DNA of 64,000 nt, taken from NCBI GenBank assembly GCA_964551475.1, contig CAZKCI010000121.1, positions 14,308 through 78,307 of the forward strand, given 5' to 3'. This DNA is from an uncultured bacterium (lineage in GTDB: Bacteria > Auribacterota > Erginobacteria > Erginobacterales > CAZKCI01). The notes beneath the pieces are model-generated. The model saw only the letters and a program-made list of their open reading frames with translations. It was not told the DNA's origin and ran no database searches. Of the stretch, positions 45,655 to 55,655 are shown one piece after another. The translations under genes were made by a program, and so were the position numbers. Each line of letters starts with the position of its first letter. The stretch's first letter is position 1.

Positions 45655-46854
45655 TTACGATTTCAGCCGGGCGCAGAAATCGGCGATCTTCCGGTAGGCC
45701 TTTTCCAGGACGTCTTCGGGAGGGAGGAAGACCACCCGGAAATGCTTCGTCCCTTTCGCCTGGCCAAAGCCCGTCCCGGGAACGGTGACCACGCCGCACT
45801 CCTCGATCAGCCTCCGGACAAACTCATCGTCGGAGATGGGAAGATCGAGACGCGGATAGGCGTAAAAAGCGCCCTCGGGCTTGACGCAGGATATGCCGGG
45901 GATGGCGTTGAGCATCTCCACGGTGAGGTTGCGGCGGCGGGAAAGCTTGGCGTTGGTCTTTTCGAGGTGGCTCTGGTCCCCCTCCAGGGCGGGCTTGATC
46001 GCCCACTGCTCGGGATGGTTGGCGCAGAGGCGGGCGCGCAGAAGCTTGTTCACACCCTCGATGTAATCCTGGAGGACCTTCTCGTCTCCGCTGATCACCG
46101 CCCAGCCCACCCGGAAACCGGGGGCGAGATAGTTCTTGGAGAGGCCGGAGAGGGTGACCACGGGGACGCCGCCGTCGAGGGCGGCCGGGGAGACGTATTT
46201 CCCCCCGTCCAGGATCAGGCGGTCGTAGATCTCGTCGGAGAAGATGACCAGGTTGTGCTTCAAGGCCAGGCGCACGATCCCCCGGACCGTCTCCTCGTCG
46301 CAGAGCGCCCCGGTGGGGTTGTTCGGGTTGATCAGGACGATCCCCCGGGTCTTCCGGTCGATCTTCTTCTCGATGTCCTCGAGGGACGGCTGCCAGCGGT
46401 TTCCCTCGTCCAGGACGTAGTCCCGGGGCTCCACCTCGAACTTGTTCAGGATGGCGGAGTAGGTGGGGTAGCCCGGGGAGGGGATGAGCAGGTTCTCCCC
46501 CCGGTCGGCCAGGGCGGCGAAACAGATGTCGATCGCCTCGGTGGCGCCGGTGGTGACGAAGACGTCGCGGATGGTCTTGATCCCCTTCTTCTTCGCCTCC
46601 CGGGCGATCGCCTCCCGGGCCTCGGGCACGCCCGAGGAGGGCGCATAGCCGTTCTGGTTCTCCCTCAAGGCCCGGCAGGTGGCCTCGATGATGTGGGCGG
46701 GGGTGCGGAAGTCGAAGAGGTTGGGGTCGCCGATGTTCAGGTAGAGCATCTCCCTCCCCTGCCGGGCGACCTTCTCCGCCAGAACCACGATGTCCCGGAT
46801 GGCGTAGGTCACACGGGAGGTCCTAAAAGCGGGCTGGATGGCGCGGGTTTTCAT
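45655..46854 (-). CDS. Pyridoxal-phosphate-dependent aminotransferase, class I (alanine/aspartate aminotransferase-like)
   Basis: PLP-lysine motif SGLSKNYLAPGFRVGW; fold-type I pattern. Confidence 0.85.
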   Translation of the reverse strand: MKTRAIQPAFRTSRVTYAIRDIVVLAEKVARQGREMLYLNIGDPNLFDFRTPAHIIEATCRALRENQNGYAPSSGVPEAREAIAREAKKKGIKTIRDVFVTTGATEAIDICFAALADRGENLLIPSPGYPTYSAILNKFEVEPRDYVLDEGNRWQPSLEDIEKKIDRKTRGIVLINPNNPTGALCDEETVRGIVRLALKHNLVIFSDEIYDRLILDGGKYVSPAALDGGVPVVTLSGLSKNYLAPGFRVGWAVISGDEKVLQDYIEGVNKLLRARLCANHPEQWAIKPALEGDQSHLEKTNAKLSRRRNLTVEMLNAIPGISCVKPEGAFYAYPRLDLPISDDEFVRRLIEECGVVTVPGTGFGQAKGTKHFRVVFLPPEDVLEKAYRKIADFCARLKS

Positions 46855-46900
46855 GACAGGGAAATATAACGGGAGGAAGGGGGAGAGGGCAAGAGAAGGT

Positions 46901-48664
46901 TCAGGGTTCTATCCTCGCCATCCTCTCCGGGGCGGTCACGCCCATGATCCCGAGCCCCTCGGCGATCACCGCCCGCACCGCCCAGGAAAGGGCGAGGCGG
47001 GCGAGAGTCACCGCCTTCTCTTCCCCGATCACCCTTTGCCGGTTGTAATAATTATGGAAGGCCCCCGCCAGTTCCTCCAGATAGCTGGGGAGGAGATGGG
47101 GCTGGAAGGAGGCGGCGGCCTGGCGCACCAGCTCGGGGAAGGCGAGGACGAGCTTGATCACCTCCATCTCCTCGGGGAGAACCAGGGGAGAGAGATCCGC
47201 CGAGCCGGGATCGGCGAGATCCTCCCCTCCCCCATCCCGATGCTTGCGGAAGATGGAGCAGACGCGGGCGTGGGCGTACTGGACGTAATAGACGGGGTTG
47301 TCCGGGGACTGCTTCTTGGCCAGCTCCAGGTCGAAATCGAGGGGGGACTCCTTGCGCCGGCGGACGAAGAAATAGCGGGCGGCGTCGGTGCCCACGTCCG
47401 CCATCACCTCGCTCAGGGCGACGAACTGGCCGGCCCGGGTGGACATCCGGACCTCCTCCTTCCCCTGGAAAAGCTTGACCAGCTGCACGATGATCACGTT
47501 GAGCCGCTCCGGATCGCGGCCGAGTGCCTGGAGCGCCCCCTTCAGGCGGACGATGTGCCCATGATGGTCCGGGCCCCAGAAGTCGATCAGGAGATCGAAG
47601 CCGCGGGCGAGCTTGCGGACATGATAGGCGATGTCGGAGGCAAAGTAGGTGAGGTCGCCCCCGGTCTTGGTCAGCACCCGGTCCTCCTGGTCGCCATGGG
47701 AGGTGGAGCGGAACCAGAGGGCGTCGTCCCGCCGGTAGGTCTCCCCCCGCCGGTCGAGTTCGGCCAGAACAGAGGCCACCGCGCCGGAGGCGACCAGCTC
47801 CTTCTCGCTGATCCAGGAGTCCATCCGGACGCGGAAACCGGCGAGCTCGGAACGGTTGAGAGCGAGAAGCTCGTCCATGGCGAACTGGGTGCAGAAATCC
47901 AGCGCCGCTTCCTCGGGCAGATCGGAGAGCGCCCGATCCCTTCCCGGAAGAGGGCCGGCCGGGATCTTCTTCGCCACGTCGATCAGGTACTCTCCCCGGT
48001 AGTGGTCCTTCGTGAACTCCGCCGTTTTTCCCCGGAGCTCCTGCCATCGAAGATAGAGCGACTGGCCCAGGTTCCGCATCTGGCGGCCGCGGTCGTTCAA
48101 ATAATACTCCCGCGTCACCCGGAAACCCGCCTTGATGAGGAGGCTGGCCAGCGTGTCTCCCACCGCCGCCTGGCGTCCGTGGGCGACGGTCAGCGGGCCG
48201 GTGGGGTTGGCGCTGACAAATTCCAGGAGGACGCTGCGTCCCTTCCCCTCATCGCTCTCCCCGAAACGGCCGGAGCGGGAAAAGACGGCGCGCAGAGCCT
48301 GCTGGAAGGCGCGGGGGGCGAGGCGGAAGTTGAGGAACCCCTTTTTCGGATCGGCTTCGACGGCCCGGACCGGATAGCGGTCCTTCTCCGGCCGAGTGTT
48401 GATGATCTCGGACAAGACGGCGGCGATGGCGGCGGGCGGGCGGCGGAGGGGGGCGGCCAGACGCATGGCGACGTTGCTGGCGAGATCCCCGTGCGACCGG
48501 TCGCGGGGAGGCTCCAGCACGACGGCGGGCAGGTCGGCTTCCGGCAGGCTGCCCTTTTTCACCGCTTCCCGGAAAGCCTCCCCGACGAGTCCGGCGATCT
48601 TCTGTCGAATCTCGGGCGTCACGATCCTGTTCCTGGGGACATCTGGATCTAGGGGATATCCCAC
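46901..48664 (-). CDS. argS: Arginine--tRNA ligase
   Basis: Class I aaRS with ArgS-specific N-terminal and DALR anticodon-binding domains; 587 aa. Confidence 0.9.
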   Translation of the reverse strand: MGYPLDPDVPRNRIVTPEIRQKIAGLVGEAFREAVKKGSLPEADLPAVVLEPPRDRSHGDLASNVAMRLAAPLRRPPAAIAAVLSEIINTRPEKDRYPVRAVEADPKKGFLNFRLAPRAFQQALRAVFSRSGRFGESDEGKGRSVLLEFVSANPTGPLTVAHGRQAAVGDTLASLLIKAGFRVTREYYLNDRGRQMRNLGQSLYLRWQELRGKTAEFTKDHYRGEYLIDVAKKIPAGPLPGRDRALSDLPEEAALDFCTQFAMDELLALNRSELAGFRVRMDSWISEKELVASGAVASVLAELDRRGETYRRDDALWFRSTSHGDQEDRVLTKTGGDLTYFASDIAYHVRKLARGFDLLIDFWGPDHHGHIVRLKGALQALGRDPERLNVIIVQLVKLFQGKEEVRMSTRAGQFVALSEVMADVGTDAARYFFVRRRKESPLDFDLELAKKQSPDNPVYYVQYAHARVCSIFRKHRDGGGEDLADPGSADLSPLVLPEEMEVIKLVLAFPELVRQAAASFQPHLLPSYLEELAGAFHNYYNRQRVIGEEKAVTLARLALSWAVRAVIAEGLGIMGVTAPERMARIEP

Positions 48665-48672
48665 TCGTTCGA

Positions 48673-48782
48673 TGGTGGGAGCGACATTCTTGCCTGCCCC
48701 GATAGTCCCGGCAGAAGTGCGGGACTATCGGGGTCGCGATCCGAGTCAACCTGGATCGGGGCGAGACGCCCCTCCCACATAT
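48673..48782. repeat. Family-D palindromic element (tattgtgggagcgacattcttgcctgccccgatagtcccgg...cccctcccacatatgg)
   Basis: Near-identical to the 27216-27330 copy. Confidence 0.85.
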
Positions 48783-48836
48783 GGACGAAACAGCGATCAG
48801 TTACCGATCACTGCTCACTTCAGTTTCAGTTACTGC

Positions 48837-49220
48837 TTACTTTAGCTTGGGCGCGTCTCCCCAGAGCGTCTCCAGGGAGTAGAAGGAGCGGACGGCGGGA
48901 AGAAAAACGTGGATGAAGACGTCCCCGCAGTCCATCACCACCCAGCGGCCGGCGCGGAGACCCTCCATGCCCAGGACGGGGATGCCGGCCTTTTCCAGGC
49001 TCTCCTCGATCGCGCGGGCGATCGCCTCCGCCTGCCGTTCATTATGCGCGGTGCAGATAAAAAAGACATCGGCGAGAGGAGTGATCGCGCGCATATCCAG
49101 CGCCACGATATCCTCCGCCTTCTTCTCTTCCGCCGCCGCCCGGGCGATCCGGACGGTCTCCCGCGCGGGCCAGGTCCGTTTCCGGACGGGCGCCTTTCTC
49201 GTCTTCTTCGTGTTTTTCAT
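48837..49220 (-). CDS. rsfS: Ribosomal silencing factor RsfS (Iojap)
   Basis: Iojap family pattern (DIVALDMR...FFICTAHNERQAEAIA...VHVF). Confidence 0.85.
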   Translation of the reverse strand: MKNTKKTRKAPVRKRTWPARETVRIARAAAEEKKAEDIVALDMRAITPLADVFFICTAHNERQAEAIARAIEESLEKAGIPVLGMEGLRAGRWVVMDCGDVFIHVFLPAVRSFYSLETLWGDAPKLK

Positions 49221-49228
49221 GGGTATCC

Positions 49229-49864
49229 TTATTTAATCACGAATCCCGGCCGACTTGAACGATAAATCCCCTTCCGGTCGATATAGCGCGCTACGGCCGG
49301 GGGGACGAAACCGCCCAGCCCCAGCCCCCGGCGCGCCCGATCCCGGACAGAGCTCGAGGAGACGGGGATCGTGAGCTTCAAGAGATTGCCCGCGCCGGGG
49401 AGGATGATCCTGCCCGCCCAGACGGCGCTTTCTCCCTTGATCAAGCGCAGCGAGTATCCGGGGCGGGTGACGACGATGAAACGGGCCAGGCGGACCAGTT
49501 CGCCGATCCTTTTCCAGGAAGCGATCTCCTTCAGGTTGTCGGCCCCGATGATCAGGTGCAACTCCGCCCGCGGGAATCTTTGTCTCAGATCCCGGACCGT
49601 CCGGAAAGTGTAGGACCTCCCGCCCCGGGCGATCTCCAGCCCGGAGAGGGAGAATTTTTTCTTGCCGCGCAGGGCCAGGCGAAGCATCGCCATCCGGGAG
49701 GAAGCCGGGGCGAGAGCGGCGGAGGATTTGTGCGGAGGGAGAGCGACCGGGATGAAGATGATCCGGTCAAGACGACATCTCTTCAGCGCCTGTCGGGCGA
49801 TCAGGAGATGGCCGTTGTGAACCGGGTTGAACGTTCCCCCCAGGATTCCGATCCGAGTCATCAC
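49229..49864 (-). CDS. nadD: Nicotinate-nucleotide adenylyltransferase
   Basis: GGTFNPVHNGH (HxGH) nucleotidyltransferase motif. Confidence 0.9.
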   Translation of the reverse strand: MMTRIGILGGTFNPVHNGHLLIARQALKRCRLDRIIFIPVALPPHKSSAALAPASSRMAMLRLALRGKKKFSLSGLEIARGGRSYTFRTVRDLRQRFPRAELHLIIGADNLKEIASWKRIGELVRLARFIVVTRPGYSLRLIKGESAVWAGRIILPGAGNLLKLTIPVSSSSVRDRARRGLGLGGFVPPAVARYIDRKGIYRSSRPGFVIK

Positions 49865-49960
49865 AAAGTATGAAAACAGTCGTAAGTTATAAGTTGTAAG
49901 GAAACAGCCGATCGCCAGGAGAAAGCGCGCTTATAACTTACAACCTACAACTGTTTCTTC

Positions 49961-51094
49961 CTACAGTATCAGCAGATTGTCCCGGTGCACGACTTCCTCG
50001 TAATCGAGGCGGCCCAGGAGGGCGGCGATCTGGGAGGTCTTCTTCCCCCGGATCCTCTTCAGATCCTCCGTCCCGTAGTTGCTGAGCCCGCGCGCGAACT
50101 CGATCCCATCCGGACCCGCTATCCCCACCATCTCGCCCGGACGAACATCGCCCGCGATGGCGGTCACACCCGAGGCGAGCAGGCTCTTCCCCCGGGAGAC
50201 CAAGGCCCGGCGGGCGCCGTCGTCCACCGTAATCGTCCCCTTTCTCTGCCGGGAGAAGGCGATCCACCATTGTTTCTCGCCGGCCCGCTTGGGATCGGCC
50301 AGAAACAGGGTCCCGGTGGGGCGGCCTTCGATCAGCTCGGCGAGAACCCCCGGCCGGCGGCCGGAGGCGATCGCCATCATGCCGCCGCTCCGGGACATGA
50401 TCCGCCCCGCCTCCATCTTCGATCGCATCCCGCCGCGGGAGAGCTCCTTGTCGGAGCCGCCGGCCAGTCCCTGGAGTTCCGGCGTGATCCGCTCCACGAT
50501 CGGGATGACGGAGAGGCCGGAGCCTTGGGGGCGAAGCAACCCCTCCACGTCGGTGAGAAGGACCAGGAGCTCGGCCCGGATCAGCACGGCGACCAGGGCG
50601 GCGAGATAATCGTTGTCGCCGAACTTGATCTCGTCCACCGCCACCGAGTCGTTCTCGTTGATGATCGGGACCACGCCCCCCTGGAGCAGCGAGAAAAGGG
50701 TGTGGCGCACGTTCAGGCGGCGGCGGACATCCTCCCGGGTGAGCAGGATCTGCCCCACGGTCAGGCCGTGGGCGGCGAAGGCGGTCCGATAGAGATGCAT
50801 CAGACCCGCCTGGCCTACCGCCGCGGCGGCCTGCAGGCCGGGCAGGTCGCGGGGGCGGCCGGGGAGCTTGAGCTCCAGCACGCCGGCGCCGATCGCCCCG
50901 GAGGTGACCAGGACCACGTCCTTCCCCCGCCGGCGGAGATCGGCGATCTCGGCGGCGATCTTCCTGATCATCTCCGGGTCAAGCGGAGTGCCCTTCCCGG
51001 TGAGAAGATAGGTCCCCACCTTGACCACAATTCTCCGCACGGGCCGGAGCAGCGCCGCGCGATCGACCGATATTCCCGATGATGAGCTTTTCAT
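49961..51094 (-). CDS. proB: Glutamate 5-kinase with PUA domain
   Basis: Amino-acid kinase fold (VVKVGT..L) plus C-terminal PUA. Confidence 0.9.
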   Translation of the reverse strand: MKSSSSGISVDRAALLRPVRRIVVKVGTYLLTGKGTPLDPEMIRKIAAEIADLRRRGKDVVLVTSGAIGAGVLELKLPGRPRDLPGLQAAAAVGQAGLMHLYRTAFAAHGLTVGQILLTREDVRRRLNVRHTLFSLLQGGVVPIINENDSVAVDEIKFGDNDYLAALVAVLIRAELLVLLTDVEGLLRPQGSGLSVIPIVERITPELQGLAGGSDKELSRGGMRSKMEAGRIMSRSGGMMAIASGRRPGVLAELIEGRPTGTLFLADPKRAGEKQWWIAFSRQRKGTITVDDGARRALVSRGKSLLASGVTAIAGDVRPGEMVGIAGPDGIEFARGLSNYGTEDLKRIRGKKTSQIAALLGRLDYEEVVHRDNLLIL

Positions 51095-52098
51095 CCCTTC
51101 TCTCCCAGGGTGAAGAGCGCTTTCTTCAGTTGTTCCAGCCCCTCCCCGGAGAGAGCCGAGATGGGAAACACCCTCCCTTTGGCTAACCGTGAAGAGGAGA
51201 GAAACCGCTTGAGGTTATCATCCGCCCCCGCCAGGTCCATCTTGTTCGCCGCCACCAGAAAGGGTTTGGCGGAGAGCAGGGGGTTGTGGAGCTTGAGCTC
51301 GGAGCGGAGCGAACGGTAATCGTCCAGAGGCGCCCGGCCGTCCACGCCGGCGATATCGAGAACCATGACCAGCACCCGCGTCCGCTCGATATGCCTCAGG
51401 AAATCATGGCCCAACCCCACGTTTTCATGGGCCCCCTCGACCAGGCCGGGGATGTCGGCGATGGTGAGCCGCTGGCCGTCCGCGTCTTCCATGACGCCCA
51501 GGACGGGGGAGAGCGTGGTGAAGGGATAGGGAGCGATCCGGGGGCGGGCGCGGGAGAGGCGCGAGATCAGGGAGGACTTTCCGGCGTTGGGATAGCCGGC
51601 CAGGCCGATGTCGGCGATCAGCTTCAGCTCCAGGAGGAAGACGCCTTCTTCGCCCGGCTCCCCCTTCTCGGCGAAGCGCGGGGTCTGGCGGGTGGAGGTG
51701 GCGAAGGAGGCATTGCCCCGCCCCCCCTTCCCTCCCCGGGCGATGATCAGCGTCTGTCCTTCCGTGACCAGATCACCCAGACTCCGATCGGTCTCGGGAT
51801 CCTTGACCAGCGTGCCTCGGGGAAGCGTGACGGTCAGATCCCGGCCGTTTTTTCCGTGCTGGGTTTTGCCGCGGCCGTTCTCGCCCCCGGCGGCGAAGAG
51901 GAGGGGGCGGTAATAGCAGTCGAGGAGGCTCGTCACGTCGCCGCTGGCCAGGAGGACGACATCCCCCCCTTTCCCTCCGCTGCCCCCGTTCGGACCTCCG
52001 CGCGGAACATACTTTTCCCTCCGGAAGCTGACGCAGCCGTTTCCTCCCCGGCCGGCCCGGACGCGCACGGTGATCCTGTCGACGAATTGGTTCTTCAA
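51091..52098 (-). CDS. obg: GTPase Obg/CgtA
   Basis: Gly-rich Obg fold ([28 protein letters not shown]) plus G-domain motifs. Confidence 0.95.
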   Translation of the reverse strand: MKNQFVDRITVRVRAGRGGNGCVSFRREKYVPRGGPNGGSGGKGGDVVLLASGDVTSLLDCYYRPLLFAAGGENGRGKTQHGKNGRDLTVTLPRGTLVKDPETDRSLGDLVTEGQTLIIARGGKGGRGNASFATSTRQTPRFAEKGEPGEEGVFLLELKLIADIGLAGYPNAGKSSLISRLSRARPRIAPYPFTTLSPVLGVMEDADGQRLTIADIPGLVEGAHENVGLGHDFLRHIERTRVLVMVLDIAGVDGRAPLDDYRSLRSELKLHNPLLSAKPFLVAANKMDLAGADDNLKRFLSSSRLAKGRVFPISALSGEGLEQLKKALFTLGEKG

Positions 52099-52355
52099 AC
52101 TTTCGGGGCGACGGGGTGAACGGAGGCGACCTTGCGCGGGCCGCGCTGGTCGAAAGAAAGGGTTCCGTCAGCCAGGGCGAAAAGGGTGTCGTCCTTGGCC
52201 CGGGCGACGTTCAGTCCCGGAAAGATCCGGGTCCCTCTCTGACGGATGATGATCGATCCCTGCCGCACGAACTGGCCGTTGTTTCTCTTCACGCCCAAAC
52301 GCTGGGCGTTGCTGTCCCGGCCGTTGCGGGCTATGCCTGCGCCTTTGGTTCCCAC
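52095..52355 (-). CDS. rpmA: 50S ribosomal protein L27
   Basis: [14 protein letters not shown]...IIRQRGT motif. Confidence 0.9.
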   Translation of the reverse strand: MGTKGAGIARNGRDSNAQRLGVKRNNGQFVRQGSIIIRQRGTRIFPGLNVARAKDDTLFALADGTLSFDQRGPRKVASVHPVAPKV

Positions 52356-52393
52356 TGCTCTGCCTCCTTATTCCGAATCGCCCTGAGGAGCGA

Positions 52394-52837
52394 TTACTTC
52401 TCCGCTCGGTGCGCCTTTTTCGCGGCCGGCTTTTTCTCCGCCGCCTTCTTCCCGGCGACGGCCGGGGCGGGCGGCTTCGCCGCCGCCTCTTCGGGTCCAG
52501 CCGACGCGGCCCGACCCGGGAAGACGATCTCCTTGACGGTCACCGTGAAGACCGCCTGGCGATGGCCCACCTTCCGATGATAGTCCTTGCGGCGTTTGTA
52601 CTTGTAAGCGATAACCTTGGGCCCGCGGGCGGCCGCGACGACCTCCCCCTTCACCGCGTATCCGTCGAGGTAGGGGCGGCCGACAACCAGCTCCTTCCCG
52701 TTCCAGAACAGGATAACCTTGTCCATGGTAAAGGCCTGTCCGGGCTCGGCCGGCAGACGGTCGGTCTGGATGACATCCCCTTCCTTGACCAGGTATTGCT
52801 TTCCCGTGACTTCGATGACCGCTAAATTCATCTTCAT
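52394..52837 (-). CDS. rplU: 50S ribosomal protein L21 with Lys/Ala-rich C-terminal extension
   Basis: MNLAVIEVTGKQYLV... L21 pattern; start taken at MKMNLAV rather than the ORF-track start. Confidence 0.85.
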   Translation of the reverse strand: MKMNLAVIEVTGKQYLVKEGDVIQTDRLPAEPGQAFTMDKVILFWNGKELVVGRPYLDGYAVKGEVVAAARGPKVIAYKYKRRKDYHRKVGHRQAVFTVTVKEIVFPGRAASAGPEEAAAKPPAPAVAGKKAAEKKPAAKKAHRAEK

Positions 52838-53094
52838 GCTCCCTGTGATTGGTGTCTGATCAAGGTGGTATATTAACAGCGAACGCCCTTCTGTCAAGCC
52901 GGATTATGGCCGATTATGGCCGAGAATCCTAAGCTTCCCGTCGTAATCCGGCGTTTGTTCCGTTGCGGGCGCCTCCTGCTTCCGGAATCTATCGCACCAG
53001 GGCAGCCTGCTCCTGATTCGCGGGTATGTTCATTCCCGCGAATTAGTCACTTTCCCGACCACATACACGCTTCTGCGTGTATGTTGTTATGTCC

Positions 53095-53300
53095 TATTGT
53101 GGGAGCGGCGTCTCGCCGCGATCCGAGCCAACAGGATCGGGCCGGGGACGGCCCTCCCACATTGACAACTTTTATGCGCGTGTAAGATCCTATTGTGGGA
53201 GCGGCGTCTCGCCGCGATCCGGGCCAACAGGATCGGGGCCCCGATCTTGATATGCATCTAATCGTAATCGGGGCAGGCAGGAATGCCCCTCCCACAATAA
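53095..53300. repeat. Three family-D palindromic element copies upstream of the rplU operon and downstream of rng
   Basis: tattgtgggagcggcgtctcgccgcgatcc...ccctcccaca, three times. Confidence 0.85.
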
Positions 53301-53368
53301 TATATTTCCAGCTTTCTTCGTGCCTTGGTGCCTTTGTGGCATAATTGGGTTGCGGGCGTCAGCCGGCC

Positions 53369-54892
53369 TTAAACTTTCTGCTGCCCCTCCTCGGTGAGCG
53401 CCCAGAGGATGTACTGGCGGGGTCCCAGGGCCAGTGAGTCGATCACGGTCAGGCGGATCTTCTTCTGATGGGCCAGGGCGCGCAGGTGGTCCCACTCCTC
53501 CTCCAGCAGATAGCGGGCGAAGTCGGGATGGGCCTCCACCCGGAAACGGCGGATGTCGGGAAGGCGGTGGAGGGCGCGGAAGAGCTTCCGCTCCAGCTCC
53601 AGGGCGAGGCTGAAGGGGGATTTCAGCAGTCCCAGGCCGTCGCAGCAGGGACAGCGCTCATAGACCCGGTGGAGGAAGCTCTCCTGCTCCCGCTCCCGGG
53701 TGATCTGGACCAGGCCGAAATCCGACATGGGCAGAACCTTGGTCCGGGCCCGGTCCCGGGAGAACTCCCGGGTCAGAACCGACATCACCTGGCGGCGGAA
53801 CTTCTTCGACTCCATGTCGATGAAGTCGATGACGATGATCCCCCCGACGTTGCGCAGGCGGAGCTGCTTGGCGATCTCCTCCGCCGCCTGGAGGTTACTG
53901 GTGAGGGCGGTCTGCTCCTGGTCGCGGCGGGATTTGTGCTTGCCCGAGTTTACGTCCACGGTGACCAGCGCCTCGGTCTGGTTGAAGACGATGTGCCCCC
54001 CGCAGGAGAGCATGATCTTGGGGAGGTAGAGCTTCTCCACCTCCTCCTCCAGCTTGTACTTCTCGAACAGAGGCTCGGGCCCCTGATGGAGGACCACCTC
54101 GGGCGGGTGGGTGGGAACGAAGGAGGAGATGAACCTCTGGATCGCGCGGTGCTCGTCCTTGGAATCGGTGACGATCCGCTGAACGTCGGTGAGGAGGGCG
54201 TCGCGGATGGAGCGCATGACCAGCCCCATCTCCTCGTGGACCAGGGCCGGCGCCGACACCTGCTTTTCCTTCTCCTGGACCTCCTTCCAGATATCGAGGA
54301 GGCCGGTGAGATCCTTGCTCAGTTCCTTGGCCGTGGCGTGCAGGGCCGCGGTCCGGACGATCAGACCGACCTCGGGGGGAATGCCGATCTCCTGGATCAG
54401 CGAGCGCAAACGGTGGCGCTCGGCCCGGTCGGAGATCTTGCGGGAGACGCCGATCCGGGCTTCCCGCGGCATCAGGACCAGGAAGCGGCCGGGGAGGCTG
54501 ATCTGGGTGGTGAGGCGGGGGCCTTTCGTCCCGATCGGCTCCTTGACCACCTGGACCAGGATCTCATGGTTCCTCTGCAGCAGCTTCTGGATGGTCATCC
54601 CCTTTTTCAGGGGAGGATGCTTCTCTCCGTCTTCCTCGTCGGCAAAATCGTCCCAGAGGGTCGACGATTCCGCCGTCTCGTCCATGGGCAGGAAGCCGTG
54701 CTTGCCGGTCCCGATGTCCACGAAGGCGGCGTTCAGGCCGGGCAGGATGTTGGCGACCTTCCCCTTGTAGATGTTGGCGAGCTGGCGGCGGCCCTCTTCC
54801 CGTTCCAGAAAAAACCAGTCGAGTTTTCCATCGATCAGCACCGCGATCCGGGATTCCCGGGGGTGCGAATCGATAATGATTTCCTTAGTCAT
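53369..54892 (-). CDS. rng: Ribonuclease G/E family endoribonuclease (Rng/CafA-like)
   Basis: S1 domain, DNase-I-like and Zn-link regions; 507 aa. Confidence 0.85.
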   Translation of the reverse strand: MTKEIIIDSHPRESRIAVLIDGKLDWFFLEREEGRRQLANIYKGKVANILPGLNAAFVDIGTGKHGFLPMDETAESSTLWDDFADEEDGEKHPPLKKGMTIQKLLQRNHEILVQVVKEPIGTKGPRLTTQISLPGRFLVLMPREARIGVSRKISDRAERHRLRSLIQEIGIPPEVGLIVRTAALHATAKELSKDLTGLLDIWKEVQEKEKQVSAPALVHEEMGLVMRSIRDALLTDVQRIVTDSKDEHRAIQRFISSFVPTHPPEVVLHQGPEPLFEKYKLEEEVEKLYLPKIMLSCGGHIVFNQTEALVTVDVNSGKHKSRRDQEQTALTSNLQAAEEIAKQLRLRNVGGIIVIDFIDMESKKFRRQVMSVLTREFSRDRARTKVLPMSDFGLVQITREREQESFLHRVYERCPCCDGLGLLKSPFSLALELERKLFRALHRLPDIRRFRVEAHPDFARYLLEEEWDHLRALAHQKKIRLTVIDSLALGPRQYILWALTEEGQQKV

Positions 54893-54974
54893 ACATTCTC
54901 CTCATCAAGAACAAAGTCCCGAGTGTCGGTCTTCGTCAGATCAGAAGACCACGGTTGAAATCCGAATATCGAAT

Positions 54975-55655
54975 TTATTCCCTGTCTCCCGCGGATGCAA
55001 TACCCTTCGGGCGCTCGAGCCCTTCGCCGACAAACCCCAGTCTTCTCCAGAGCGCTCCCCGCAGCTCCTCCGCCGGCTTCTCCAGAAGCGCCTGGAGCAC
55101 GTCGGTCGGGCTCGCTCCCGGCAAGGCTGTCTCGAGGTACAGTTCCCGCCGCCCCCCCTCCCCCGGAGAGAGGGACAATGCCCGCACTCCCCGGCGAGCG
55201 TCGCTCACCTTCTGCCTCCCCTCCCGCATCCGGGAAACCTTCGCCTCGGAAAGGGAGAGAAAAGCCTTTAGCTTCGGCTCGGCAAGCGGCCACTCCGGGA
55301 AGAGCTGAACCGAGTAGCGGGCTCCGGAGATCGCCGCGCCGAGAGTCGGCGAGGACGGGGGAAGCGCCCGCGCTTCCCCGATGCCGATGCCGGAGGGCAA
55401 AACTTTGTTAAGTGTAGCGATTGCCGCCGGGATGTCAATCTCTCCCGTGAGTTCGGCGTCGCAGAGCTCCCGCAGGCCTTCCATCCCGACCCGGAGAGGG
55501 GGGCAGAACTCGAAACGGGGATGGGGCGTGAATCCCTGCGAATAGGCGACCGGAAGACCCGCCCGCGAGAAAGAGCGGAAGAGAACGCGCATCAGGTCGA
55601 GGTGCGAAATGAAGCGAACCAAGCCGACCTTGCCGTAGGCGAAGCGGTATTTCAT
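54975..55655 (-). CDS. TIGR03936-family radical-SAM-associated protein (DUF2344)
   Basis: Family pattern (…VRFISHLDLMRVLFRSFSRAGLPVAYSQGFTPHP…); adjacent to the TIGR03960 radical SAM gene. Confidence 0.7.
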   Translation of the reverse strand: MKYRFAYGKVGLVRFISHLDLMRVLFRSFSRAGLPVAYSQGFTPHPRFEFCPPLRVGMEGLRELCDAELTGEIDIPAAIATLNKVLPSGIGIGEARALPPSSPTLGAAISGARYSVQLFPEWPLAEPKLKAFLSLSEAKVSRMREGRQKVSDARRGVRALSLSPGEGGRRELYLETALPGASPTDVLQALLEKPAEELRGALWRRLGFVGEGLERPKGIASAGDRE

